A stretch of 64,000 nt of DNA from Burkholderiales bacterium (GTDB taxonomy: Bacteria > Pseudomonadota > Gammaproteobacteria > Burkholderiales > SG8-41), in assembly GCA_035626595.1 (NCBI GenBank), contig DASPNJ010000068.1, positions 2,312 through 66,311 on the forward strand, read 5' to 3'. The position numbers and the translations under genes are program-made. Positions within the stretch are counted from its first letter, which is position 1; each line of letters starts with the position of its first letter. Positions 33,940 through 42,505 of this stretch are shown one piece after another. The notes under the pieces were generated by a model, which saw only the letters and a program-made list of their open reading frames with translations, had not been told where the DNA came from and made no database searches.

Positions 33940-33969
33940 GGGCGCGCTCATACCGCGCCCGTTTTTTTT
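33940..33969 (+). terminator. rho-independent terminator
   Basis: GGGCGCG-ctcatac-CGCGCCC-G-TTTTTTTT. Confidence 0.8.
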
Positions 33970-33997
33970 GTGCTGCAACGCTAGAATCGGCGCGCCC

Positions 33998-35830
33998 ATG
34001 AACGCCGCCACCGATAAGGCAGGACCGCGGCGCACGCGCGAATGGCGCGTCGTTCCGATGCTGCTCCCCTATCTCTGGGAGTACAAATGGCGCGTCGTCG
34101 TCGCGCTCGTTTTCCTGGTCACGGCCAAGCTCGCGAACGTCGCGGTCCCGCTGGTGCTGAAAGAGGTCGTAGACGGCCTGACGCCGACGCAGGCGGTGCT
34201 CGCGCTGCCGCTCGCGCTGCTCGTCGCCTACGGTGCGCTCAGGCTGTCGACGACCCTCTTCGCGGAGCTGCGCGATCTCGTGTTCATCCGCGTAACACAG
34301 CGGGCGATCCGCCGCATCGCGCTCGGCGTTTTCCGGCACCTCCACGCGCTCTCGCTGCGCTTCCATCTCGAGCGGCAGACCGGCGGCGTCTCACGCGATA
34401 TCGAGCGCGGCAGCCGCGGCGTCTCCACGGTGTTGTCGTACATGTTGTTCTCGATCATCCCGGTGGTGCTCGAGTTTGCGCTGGTGGCGGCCGTGCTGTT
34501 CGCAAAGTTCGACTGGCGCTTCGTGGCGGTGACGTTCGGTGCGGTTGCGCTCTACATCGCGTTCACCTTCTGGGTGAGCGAATGGCGCATCAACATCCGC
34601 AGACAGGCGAACGAGCTCGATTCGCGCGCGAACACGCGCGCGATAGACAGCCTGCTCAATTACGAGACGGTCAAGTACTTCAACAACGAGGAGTACGAAG
34701 CGCGTCGTTACGACGAGAACCTGCGGCAATACGAGGCCGCCGCCGTGAAGCAGGAAGCCTCGCTCGGCATCCTCAACATCGGCCAGGCGACCATCATCGC
34801 CATCGCGCTCACGCTGCTCATGATCCTGGCGGCGGAGGGCGTGGTGAACGGCACGCTCACGCTCGGCGATCTCGTGCTCATCAACGGGCTGCTCATCCAG
34901 CTCTACATCCCGCTCAATTTCCTCGGCATGGTGTACCGCGAGATCAAGCAGTCGCTCGTCGACATGGATCGCATGTTCCACCTGCTGGAAGAGCATAGAG
35001 AAATCGCAGACAGTGCGAATGCGATCGATCTCCCGGCGGCCCCCGCGTCGATCCGCTTCGAGCACGTCGATTTCAGCTACGACCCCAAGCGCCAGATCCT
35101 GTACGACGTCGATTTCGAGGTGCCGGCAGGGCGCAAGGTCGCGGTCGTGGGGCCGAGCGGCTCGGGCAAGTCGACCCTTGCGCGGCTCCTCTACCGCTTC
35201 TACGACGTGAGCGCCGGGGCGGTGCGGGTGAACGGCTGCGACGTGCGCGAGCTCACTCAATCGAGCCTGCGTGCGGCGATCGCGATCGTGCCGCAGGACA
35301 CGGTGCTCTTCAACGACACGATCTACTACAACATCCAGTACGGCCGTCCGGACGCAACGCGCGAGGAGGTCGTCGCTGCCGCGCAGGCCGCGCACATCCA
35401 TGATTTCATCGCGAGCCTCCCCGACGGCTACGAGACGCGTGTCGGCGAGCGCGGGCTCAAGCTTTCGGGCGGCGAAAAGCAGCGCGTCGCGATCGCGCGC
35501 GCGATCCTGAAGGACCCGCGCATCCTTATTTTCGACGAGGCGACCTCGGCGCTCGACTCGAAATCCGAGATCGCGATCCAGGCAGAGCTCGACCGCATCG
35601 CCCGCGGTCATACGACGCTGGTGATCGCGCATCGGCTTTCGACCGTGATGGAAGCAGACCAGATCCTCGTTCTCGATCGCGGCCGCATCGTGGAGCGCGG
35701 CACGCACCCCGAGCTGCTCGCCCGGCGTGGCGCCTACGCCCAGATGTGGGCGCTGCAACAGCAGCGTGACGCGGAAGCAACGCACGACGCGACGCTCGAC
35801 TGGCGTCACTCGCCGCAGAAAATCGCTTAG
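33998..35830 (+). CDS. ABC transporter permease/ATPase, Atm1/ABCB7-like exporter
   Basis: ATG at 33998. 6-TM domain, then Walker A GPSGSGKST, signature LSGGEKQR, Walker B ILIFDEATSALD. The N-terminus LLPYLWEYKWRV is typical of Atm1-type exporters. Confidence 0.85.
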   Translation: MNAATDKAGPRRTREWRVVPMLLPYLWEYKWRVVVALVFLVTAKLANVAVPLVLKEVVDGLTPTQAVLALPLALLVAYGALRLSTTLFAELRDLVFIRVTQRAIRRIALGVFRHLHALSLRFHLERQTGGVSRDIERGSRGVSTVLSYMLFSIIPVVLEFALVAAVLFAKFDWRFVAVTFGAVALYIAFTFWVSEWRINIRRQANELDSRANTRAIDSLLNYETVKYFNNEEYEARRYDENLRQYEAAAVKQEASLGILNIGQATIIAIALTLLMILAAEGVVNGTLTLGDLVLINGLLIQLYIPLNFLGMVYREIKQSLVDMDRMFHLLEEHREIADSANAIDLPAAPASIRFEHVDFSYDPKRQILYDVDFEVPAGRKVAVVGPSGSGKSTLARLLYRFYDVSAGAVRVNGCDVRELTQSSLRAAIAIVPQDTVLFNDTIYYNIQYGRPDATREEVVAAAQAAHIHDFIASLPDGYETRVGERGLKLSGGEKQRVAIARAILKDPRILIFDEATSALDSKSEIAIQAELDRIARGHTTLVIAHRLSTVMEADQILVLDRGRIVERGTHPELLARRGAYAQMWALQQQRDAEATHDATLDWRHSPQKIA

Positions 35831-37315
35831 TTAGCTGCGGGTGAGGGGGATGCTCACGCGCGCCAGCGTCCCGGCGCCGGTCGATGCCGGGAGAAGCTCG
35901 ACGTAGCCGCCGTGGCTCTGCGCGATTTCCCGCACGATCGAGAGGCCCAGGCCGCATCCTTCGGCGCCGGTGCCGAGCACGCGGTAGAACGGCTCGAACA
36001 CGCGGGCGCGCTCGGTGTCGGCGATGCCCCGCCCGTTGTCTTCGACCGACAGCAGCGCGTGGCGCGCATCCCGCTGCACGCGCACGGTAACCTGGCCGCC
36101 GCGCTGCGTATACCGGATCGCGTTGTCGAGCAGGTTCCCCAGCATCTCACGCAGCAGGAAGGCGTCGCCTTCGATGTGCGCCTGCTGCGAATCGGCATCG
36201 AAGCCGAGATCGACGTCGCGTTCGAGCGCGAGCGGCACCCACTCGGTCGTGACGCTGCGGGCGAGCGCCTCCAGATCGATGCGTTCGACGGACACGACGC
36301 GTCCCACCGGCGGCTCGGCGCGGGCGAGCGAGAGCAGCTGATTGACGAGGCGCGTCGTGCGTTCCGTAGCGGTGCGCAGCTGCTCGAGCGTCTGCCGCGC
36401 TTCTCCCGGCGGCGTCTGCCTCAGCGCGAGCTCCGTCTGGGTCTTGATCCCCGCGATGGGCGTGCGAAGCTGATGCGCCGCGTCGGCGATGAAACGCTGC
36501 TGCGCCGCGAGCGCGAGCGACAGCCGCTCGAGGAGCTCGTTCATTGCGCCGATGAGCGGTTGCAGCTCCTGCGGCGTTTGCTCTACCGGCAGAGCCGACA
36601 GGTCGCGATGCGAGCGGTTTTCGATCTCGCGCCGCAGCGCCTGCAACGGCGCCAGACCGCGGCCGACCGCGTACCACAGCAGGACCGCCGCACACAGGAT
36701 CAGGAGCAGTTGCGGCAGCACCATGCGAACGAGGATCTGGCGGGCGAATTCGTTGCGCGCTGCGCGGTTCTCCGCCACCTGCACGGTGACGAGGCTCTCG
36801 GCCGCTTCGGAGATTTTGAGCGGCAGGCGCAGCGTGACGATACGCACGGGGCGGCCGCGGTACTCGTCATCGTAGTAGTTGACGCGCTCCGAGAGCGGGT
36901 CGGAAGGCGGTGGCAGATCGGGCTCCCCGGTGATGAACTCGCGGTTCGGTCCCGTCACCAGGTAGTACAGGCGGCCGGATTCGCGCGACTGCAACATCTG
37001 GACCGCGATCTCGGGCAGGTCGACATAGATGCGGTTGTTCAGCACCTTCACCTGGCGGCCGATGTCGAGCGCCGATTCCAGGAGCAGGCGATCGTACGCG
37101 AGATTCACGAAGCGATTTGCAATGTCGTAGTCGAAGATGCTGCTGATCGACCAGAGCACGACGAGCGGCCAGAAAAGCCACCCGAGGACCTGCCGCCGCA
37201 GCGTCTTCTGGCGTGACGGCCAGGTGCGTTGCGCTTGCGCCGCCGCGGACGATGACGGCTGCGGCGGCGCTGCGGATTCTGCTGCGACGGACGAAGCGAC
37301 GCGCGCTTCAGGCAC
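35831..37315 (-). CDS. two-component sensor histidine kinase (QseC/TctE-like)
   Basis: Two TM segments, H-box DAAHQLRTPIAGI, N/G boxes ([25 protein letters not shown]). The GTG start overlaps the regulator stop by 8 nt. Confidence 0.85.
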   Translation of the reverse strand: MPEARVASSVAAESAAPPQPSSSAAAQAQRTWPSRQKTLRRQVLGWLFWPLVVLWSISSIFDYDIANRFVNLAYDRLLLESALDIGRQVKVLNNRIYVDLPEIAVQMLQSRESGRLYYLVTGPNREFITGEPDLPPPSDPLSERVNYYDDEYRGRPVRIVTLRLPLKISEAAESLVTVQVAENRAARNEFARQILVRMVLPQLLLILCAAVLLWYAVGRGLAPLQALRREIENRSHRDLSALPVEQTPQELQPLIGAMNELLERLSLALAAQQRFIADAAHQLRTPIAGIKTQTELALRQTPPGEARQTLEQLRTATERTTRLVNQLLSLARAEPPVGRVVSVERIDLEALARSVTTEWVPLALERDVDLGFDADSQQAHIEGDAFLLREMLGNLLDNAIRYTQRGGQVTVRVQRDARHALLSVEDNGRGIADTERARVFEPFYRVLGTGAEGCGLGLSIVREIAQSHGGYVELLPASTGAGTLARVSIPLTRS

Positions 37316-37982
37316 CGGGCTCTCTTTCGAGCAGATAGCCCAGGCCGCGGATCGTGCGTATGCGCACGCCAGCGGGCTCGAGCTTGCGGCGCAGCCGGTG
37401 CACGTAGACCTCGATCGCGTTAGCGCCGACTTCCTCGTCCCACCCGTAGAGCTGTTCCGCGAGCTGCTCCTTGTTGACCACGCGCCCGCTTCTCATCATC
37501 AGCACTTCGAGCACGCCCAGCTCGCGCGCGGAGAGATCGAGCGGCTCGCCCGCCAGCGTCGCGCGGCGTCCGGCGGTGTCGAGCACGAGCGCGCCGTGCG
37601 AGAGCACGGACGCGCCGCCCGACTGGCCGCGCCGGATGAGCGCGCGTACGCGCGCTTCGAGCTCGGGCAGATCGAACGGTTTCGTCATGTAGTCGTCGGC
37701 GCCGAGATCGAGGCCCTTCACGCGGTCCGGCAGGGCATCGCGCGCGGTCAGGACGAGCACTGGCACCGCGGCCCCGCGTCTGCGCAGCCGCCGGAGCACC
37801 TCGAAACCGTCGATTCCGGGCAGGCCCAGGTCGAGGATCACGACGTCGTAGGCCTGCATCGCGAGCACGTGATCGGCCTCGGTGCCGCTGCCCACGCAGT
37901 CCACGGCGTAGTCGGAGTGCCGCAACGAACGCGTGAGACCGTCGGCGAGCACTGGGTCGTCTTCGACGATGAGAACGCGCAT
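37308..37982 (-). CDS. OmpR-family response regulator
   Basis: MRVLIVEDDPVLADGL...DVVILDLGLPGIDG...TKPF receiver plus a winged-helix domain (IEVYVHRLRRKL..IRTIRGLGY). Only the last 675 nt of track ORF 37308-39116 are used. Confidence 0.9.
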   Translation of the reverse strand: MRVLIVEDDPVLADGLTRSLRHSDYAVDCVGSGTEADHVLAMQAYDVVILDLGLPGIDGFEVLRRLRRRGAAVPVLVLTARDALPDRVKGLDLGADDYMTKPFDLPELEARVRALIRRGQSGGASVLSHGALVLDTAGRRATLAGEPLDLSARELGVLEVLMMRSGRVVNKEQLAEQLYGWDEEVGANAIEVYVHRLRRKLEPAGVRIRTIRGLGYLLEREPGA

Positions 37983-38195
37983 ACGCGAACGAGTGTAGCG
38001 CGCGCTCGCAACGATCCCGAGTGTAAGTTTCATGTAAGGCTGCATTGCTACCGTCGCTTCATCCCGCGAGTGATCGAAACGAAGCTCGCAAGCAGTCGTA
38101 ACGACTTTCCTCCTCGGAGGCCTGGCAGTTACAAGCACCTGTGCTGAGCGGGTTCTTGTATGGCCTCTTTCAATCCCGCCGGGGCACCCCACACT

Positions 38196-38216
38196 GCCCC
38201 GAGCGGGGTTTTTTTT
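38196..38216 (+). terminator. rho-independent terminator with no annotated gene upstream
   Basis: GCCCC-gagc-GGGG(T)-TTTTTTTT. The CCCC arm is shared with an upstream alternative hairpin, GGGGCA-N8-TGCCCC. Confidence 0.6.
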
Positions 38217-38324
38217 GAGTGACACGTCACGGCCATCATCAAAATCCGCTTGAAAAAGCGGTGCTAACCCTGTATTTTTCGGCGTAATTTGGCCATTGCC
38301 TCCGGTGGAGAAGCGTTGAATAAA

Positions 38325-39302
38325 ATGACCGTCGCCATTCTCGCGTTGCTCATATCCGCGCTGCTCGTGCCGCCCGCGGAGGCGGCGACGACCAAGCGCT
38401 CGGCGAAGCCGGCCGCGACCAAGGCCAACCGCACGGCCAAAGTGACGCCTCGCCCACGCGCGCGGGCCGCGAAGGTCGCGCCGCAGCGCCTGCGCGCGAC
38501 CCGTGTTTCCAGAGTGGCGCCTGCGGCGATCGATGAAGATCCGACCCATCTCGAGGTGAAGTCCTCGGCGGCGCTGGTGCTCGACACCGACGGTCGCACC
38601 CTGTACGCGAAGAACATCGAATCGGTGCAGCCGATCGCCTCGATCACCAAGCTCATGACGGCGATGGTCGTGCTGGACGCGCGGCTCGACCTGAACGAGC
38701 CGATCGCGATCACCGAGGACGACATCGATCACCTGAAGCACACCCGCTCGCGGTTGAAGATCGGCACCGTGCTCACCCGCGACGAGCTGCTGCGGCTCGC
38801 GCTCATGGCGTCCGAAAACCGCGCGGCTTCGGCTCTCGGTCGGAGCTTCCCGGGCGGTCTTGCGGCGTTCGTGGCAGCGATGAACCGGAAAGCCGCCGAC
38901 ATCGGCATGGTCCGCACCCGCTTCGTCGATTCCAGCGGACTTTCGAGCGACAATGTCTCGACGGCGCAGGATCTCGCGCGCATGGTGACGTCGGCCTATC
39001 GTTACCCGATCATCCAGGAATACACGACGCTGACCGAACACGTCGTGCGCACGAACGAAGGCCGGCCGCTCGCGTTCCGTAACTCCAACGGTCTCGTGAA
39101 AGACAGCACGTGGCACATCGACGTGTCGAAGACCGGCTACATCCAGGAGGCGGGGCGCTGCCTCGTCATGCAGGCGCGGATCGCCGCGAAGCCAGTCATC
39201 ATCGTGCTGCTCGATTCATGGGGCAAATACACGCGCATCGGCGACGCGAACCGCATCAAGCGCTGGATGGAGAGCGCGCTCGCGCAGCACACGCCGGGCT
39301 GA
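38325..39302 (+). CDS. pbpG: D-alanyl-D-alanine endopeptidase (S11 family, PBP7/PbpG-like)
   Basis: Signal peptide MTVAILALLISALLVPPAEA, active-site SITKLMTAMVV, SENRAA, KTGY motifs. Start moved to ATG 38325. Confidence 0.85.
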   Translation: MTVAILALLISALLVPPAEAATTKRSAKPAATKANRTAKVTPRPRARAAKVAPQRLRATRVSRVAPAAIDEDPTHLEVKSSAALVLDTDGRTLYAKNIESVQPIASITKLMTAMVVLDARLDLNEPIAITEDDIDHLKHTRSRLKIGTVLTRDELLRLALMASENRAASALGRSFPGGLAAFVAAMNRKAADIGMVRTRFVDSSGLSSDNVSTAQDLARMVTSAYRYPIIQEYTTLTEHVVRTNEGRPLAFRNSNGLVKDSTWHIDVSKTGYIQEAGRCLVMQARIAAKPVIIVLLDSWGKYTRIGDANRIKRWMESALAQHTPG

Positions 39303-39366
39303 TCGTCCCCGCAGGCCGCGCTTCGCACATCCGGCGAAGCGCGTTTGAAAGCAACGTCTTTTCGCG

Positions 39367-40338
39367 ATGCCATCGAGCGGCCGCTACGAGTATCACGACC
39401 TCAAGCCCGCCGCGGCATCCTTCCTCGACGACGTGATCGCAGGACTGTCGGCGCCGTGCAAGGCGCTGCCGCCGAAATATTTCTACGATGCCCGCGGCTC
39501 GCGATTGTTCGAGGAGATCTGCGCGCTGCCGGAGTACTACCTCACCCGCACCGAGATCGCCTTGGTGGAGGCCCGCGCAGGCGAGATTGCGGCGCGCGTC
39601 GGCTCCGGCACGACGCTGATCGAGTACGGGATCGGCTCGGGCCGCAAGACTGCGCTGGTGATCGGCGCCACGCGGCCGCACACGTTCGTGGCGATCGACA
39701 TCTCCGCCGAGCAGTTGCGTGAGGCAGTCGGGACTCTGGCGTCGCAATTCCCCGACGTGCGGCTCGCGGCGGTATGCGCGGATTACACGAAAACGGCGCA
39801 TGCGCCGCTCCTGGAAGCGCTCGGCGGGAGCCGGCGCACCTTGTATTTCCCCGGCTCGACGATCGGCAACTTCACGGTCGATGAAGCCCGCGATTTCCTG
39901 CGCAACGCGCGGTCGGTGGCGGGCGCGGGCGGTGCAATGTTGATCGGTGTGGATCTGAAGAAGGACCCCCGCATGCTGCACGCCGCCTACAACGATGCGC
40001 AGGGCGTCACGGCCGCGTTCAATCTGAACGTGCTGCGGCGGATCAACAGCGAGCTCGGAGGAAACTTCGACCTCGACGCTTTCGCGCACCGCGCGTTTTA
40101 CGACCCGGCGCACGGCCGCATCGAGATGCACCTCGAGAGCGCGCGCGCGCAGCAGGTCACGATCGCCGGGCGCCGCTTCGCTTTCGCGCCGGGTGAGACG
40201 ATCCATACCGAAAGCTCCTACAAGTACTCCGTCGAGGAGTTCCAGTCGCTCGCGCGCGAGGCCGGTTTCGCACCTGCGCATTACTGGAGCGACGCGCAAG
40301 ACCTGTTCTCGATCCATTACCTGACCGCCGCGGCGTGA
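39367..40338 (+). CDS. egtD: L-histidine N-alpha-methyltransferase (EgtD family, Methyltransf_33)
   Basis: Colinear with mycobacterial EgtD: LPPKYFYDARGSRLFEEICALPEYYLTRTE, IEYGIGSGRKT, FPGSTIGNF, AYNDAQGVTAAFNLNVL, ESSYKY. Confidence 0.85.
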   Translation: MPSSGRYEYHDLKPAAASFLDDVIAGLSAPCKALPPKYFYDARGSRLFEEICALPEYYLTRTEIALVEARAGEIAARVGSGTTLIEYGIGSGRKTALVIGATRPHTFVAIDISAEQLREAVGTLASQFPDVRLAAVCADYTKTAHAPLLEALGGSRRTLYFPGSTIGNFTVDEARDFLRNARSVAGAGGAMLIGVDLKKDPRMLHAAYNDAQGVTAAFNLNVLRRINSELGGNFDLDAFAHRAFYDPAHGRIEMHLESARAQQVTIAGRRFAFAPGETIHTESSYKYSVEEFQSLAREAGFAPAHYWSDAQDLFSIHYLTAAA

Positions 40339-40369
40339 TCGCTGCGGTCGCTGCGTCGTAGCGCCCGGC

Positions 40370-41518
40370 ATGGTCATACACCTGATCGTGCTCATGTGCG
40401 CGCTCTCCCATTCGGGGTTCGGCGGCAGTCGCGTCGCCGTGTCCCTGTACGCGCTGCACCAGGGTGCGAGCCAGCTCACGATCGGCCTCCTGATGGCGGT
40501 GTACTCGATCGTTCCGCTGCTGCTCGCGGTGCAGGTGGGAAAGCTCGCCGACCGCGTCGGTCCGCGCATGCCGATGCTGATCGGCACGGTGGGCGTCACG
40601 ATCGGGCTGCTGCTTCCGCCGCTTTTCCCGGGCATTGCGGTGCTCTATGTCTCGGCGCTCGTGCTCGGCTCGACGTTCCACTTCTTTTTCATCACGGTGC
40701 AGGGGATCGCCGGCGGGATCGGCGGGTCGGAGCACCGCGCGCGCAACTTCGCGCTGGTCGGAATGGGCTTTTCCGCCGCGGGCTTCATCGGTCCGTTTCT
40801 CGCCGGTCTCGCGATCGATCACCTCGGCCACCTCGCCGCCTTTCTCGTGCTGTCCGCCTTTCCGCTGGTGCCGGTGCTCATGCTCGTTTTCATGCCGGGC
40901 TTTCTGCCCAAGGCGCGCAAGCTGTCCGGCGCGCAGCCACAGCGCAGCGCATTCGAGCTCTGGCGCGTCGGCGGACTGCGCAGGACCTTCATCGCGAGCG
41001 GCATCATCTCGTCGGCGTGGGATCTGTTCCAGTTCTACTTCCCCGTGTACGGCCATCACGTCGGGCTCTCGGCGTCAGCGATCGGCGCCGTGCTGGGCGT
41101 ATTCGCGCTCGCCACGTTCGTCATCCGGTTTTTCCTGCCGCCGATCGCGAGACGCTTCTCGGAGCCGCAGATCCTCACCGCGGGTATTTTCGTAGCCGCA
41201 TTCGCGTTCGTGCTGTTCCCGTTCTTCGCGAACGGCTACGTCCTGGCGGCCATCGCCTTCCTGCTGGGGCTCGGCGTCGGCTGCGGGCAGCCCATGTCGA
41301 TGTCGCTCATCTATGCGCTCGCGCCGCCCGGGCGCGCGGCAGAATGCGCGGGGCTGCGCGTGACGGTGAACAACCTGATGCACCTCTTGATACCGGTGCT
41401 CTTCGGAAGCCTCGGCACGGCTTTCGGTTACGTGCCGGTGTTCGTCTCGAACAGCGCGCTGCTCGTCGCGGGCGGCGTGCTCATGAGCAAGGCGCGCATC
41501 GCGGTTCCCGGAAAATAA
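40370..41518 (+). CDS. MFS transporter
   Basis: 382 aa, 10-12 hydrophobic segments. Starts 31 nt downstream of egtD. Confidence 0.75.
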   Translation: MVIHLIVLMCALSHSGFGGSRVAVSLYALHQGASQLTIGLLMAVYSIVPLLLAVQVGKLADRVGPRMPMLIGTVGVTIGLLLPPLFPGIAVLYVSALVLGSTFHFFFITVQGIAGGIGGSEHRARNFALVGMGFSAAGFIGPFLAGLAIDHLGHLAAFLVLSAFPLVPVLMLVFMPGFLPKARKLSGAQPQRSAFELWRVGGLRRTFIASGIISSAWDLFQFYFPVYGHHVGLSASAIGAVLGVFALATFVIRFFLPPIARRFSEPQILTAGIFVAAFAFVLFPFFANGYVLAAIAFLLGLGVGCGQPMSMSLIYALAPPGRAAECAGLRVTVNNLMHLLIPVLFGSLGTAFGYVPVFVSNSALLVAGGVLMSKARIAVPGK

Positions 41519-41577
41519 AACCTGCGACGCGCCTACAGGATCGTGCCTCTCGGCGCAAACGATGGCTTGACGCGTTC

Positions 41578-41606
41578 AAAAAAAACGGCCCCGCAGGGCC
41601 GTTCTT
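41578..41606 (-). terminator. rho-independent terminator (strong on minus strand, possibly bidirectional)
   Basis: ACGGCCC-gca-GGGCCGT flanked by an A8 run on the plus strand (= U8 after the hairpin on the minus strand). It follows the lipoprotein gene. Confidence 0.75.
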
Positions 41607-41625
41607 GTGCGTGCGCGGAGCCGGT

Positions 41626-41847
41626 TCAGCGCTGGCGCCTGCCGACCTCCGAACCGACCACACCGCCCGCAACCGCGCCGCCCACCGTTCCGAGCGTGCT
41701 GCCGCCGCTGAGTGCGCTGCCTGCCACGCCGCCGGCGACCGCGCCGAGCGCCGCCCCTTGCGTTTGTTTCGAGAGCGGGATGCTGTCGCACGCGTTCAAC
41801 GTCGCGAGCGCACCTGCCGCCAGGGTTATCACGATGAAACGTTTCAT
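41626..41847 (-). CDS. glycine-zipper (OsmB/17-kDa antigen-like) lipoprotein
   Basis: Lipobox LNAC, then GAALGAVAGGVAGSALSGGSTLGTVGGAVAGGVVG. Confidence 0.8.
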   Translation of the reverse strand: MKRFIVITLAAGALATLNACDSIPLSKQTQGAALGAVAGGVAGSALSGGSTLGTVGGAVAGGVVGSEVGRRQR

Positions 41848-41877
41848 GGCTGATCTCCTGATTGAAGCCGTGATGTG

Positions 41878-42357
41878 CTACTTGGTTTCTTTCGCCTTGT
41901 CGGCGTCCTTGCGGCCTTCCTTCCGGCCTTCCTTCTTCGGCTCGGCCGCTTCGCGCTCCGCCTTGGCCTTCTTCTTGGCGTCGTCGCGTGCGGCTCGTGC
42001 GTCCTTCTGACACTGGTCCTTGTCCTTGCCCTTCATGTCATCGCACTTTTCCTTGGCGATGTTGTATTCCATGTCCGCTTTCGCGGCCGCTACGTCGTAG
42101 CGGTTCTTGGGCGTGTCCTTCTGCTTGAGCGCGAGCTCCGACTTCGCGACTTTCTCCTGGCCTCTCGCCTCGGCCATGCAGAGGTCCTTGGCGTTGCCTT
42201 TCATGTCCTTGCACTTGTCTTTCGCCGCCTTCGCTTGCTGCTCGATGCGCTGTTTCTCCGCGTTGTTCGCGTCCTTCGATGCGTCTGCGGCGAACAGCGG
42301 ACCGGCGCACGCGAGGCTCAGCGCCGCCGCGGCGATCGCGATCCTGGTTCCCGGCAT
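41878..42357 (-). CDS. secreted Lys-rich protein with duplicated K-C-x-D-M-K-G-x-x-K-D-x-C motif (unknown function)
   Basis: AAGGAG lies 6 nt upstream of ATG 42357. Signal peptide. Two copies of KDKCKDMKGNAKDLC / KEKCDDMKGKDKDQC. Very Lys/Glu/Ala-rich. Confidence 0.65.
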   Translation of the reverse strand: MPGTRIAIAAAALSLACAGPLFAADASKDANNAEKQRIEQQAKAAKDKCKDMKGNAKDLCMAEARGQEKVAKSELALKQKDTPKNRYDVAAAKADMEYNIAKEKCDDMKGKDKDQCQKDARAARDDAKKKAKAEREAAEPKKEGRKEGRKDADKAKETK

Positions 42358-42505
42358 GTTCATCTCCTTGGTGTTAAATAGGCCGCGCCGCGGCACGATG
42401 CCGCGGACGACATACACGCGGACACAGCAACGACTGTGCCCGCGGGCATGTGCCCGTGGCTGAGCGGGGGCGCGCAGGAGACGCGCAAGCATCGTGGCGG
42501 GCGCA

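Noticed and set aside
33881-33997. Extended N-terminus of the Atm1-like ABC transporter (track start 33881).
   Set aside because: It would have to be translated through a strong rho-independent terminator (33940-33969). The ATG at 33998 gives a normal N-terminus.
38160-38222. Small ORF MASFNPAGAPHTAPSGVFFE ending in the terminator.
   Set aside because: It has no RBS, its sequence is dictated by the hairpins, and nothing supports coding. It is treated as RNA structure instead.
37983-39116. Upstream 1.1 kb of the 602-aa track ORF 37308-39116 (minus strand).
   Set aside because: Only the last 224 codons form an OmpR-type regulator starting MRVLIVEDD. The rest is antisense to pbpG and crosses an intergenic region with a terminator.
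39367-40338. Possibility that EgtD plus the sel genes form a selenoneine (sen) cluster.
   Set aside because: No SenA/EgtB-like, SenB glycosyltransferase or SenC/SelD gene is in the window. egtD is 17 kb and many unrelated operons away from selAB.
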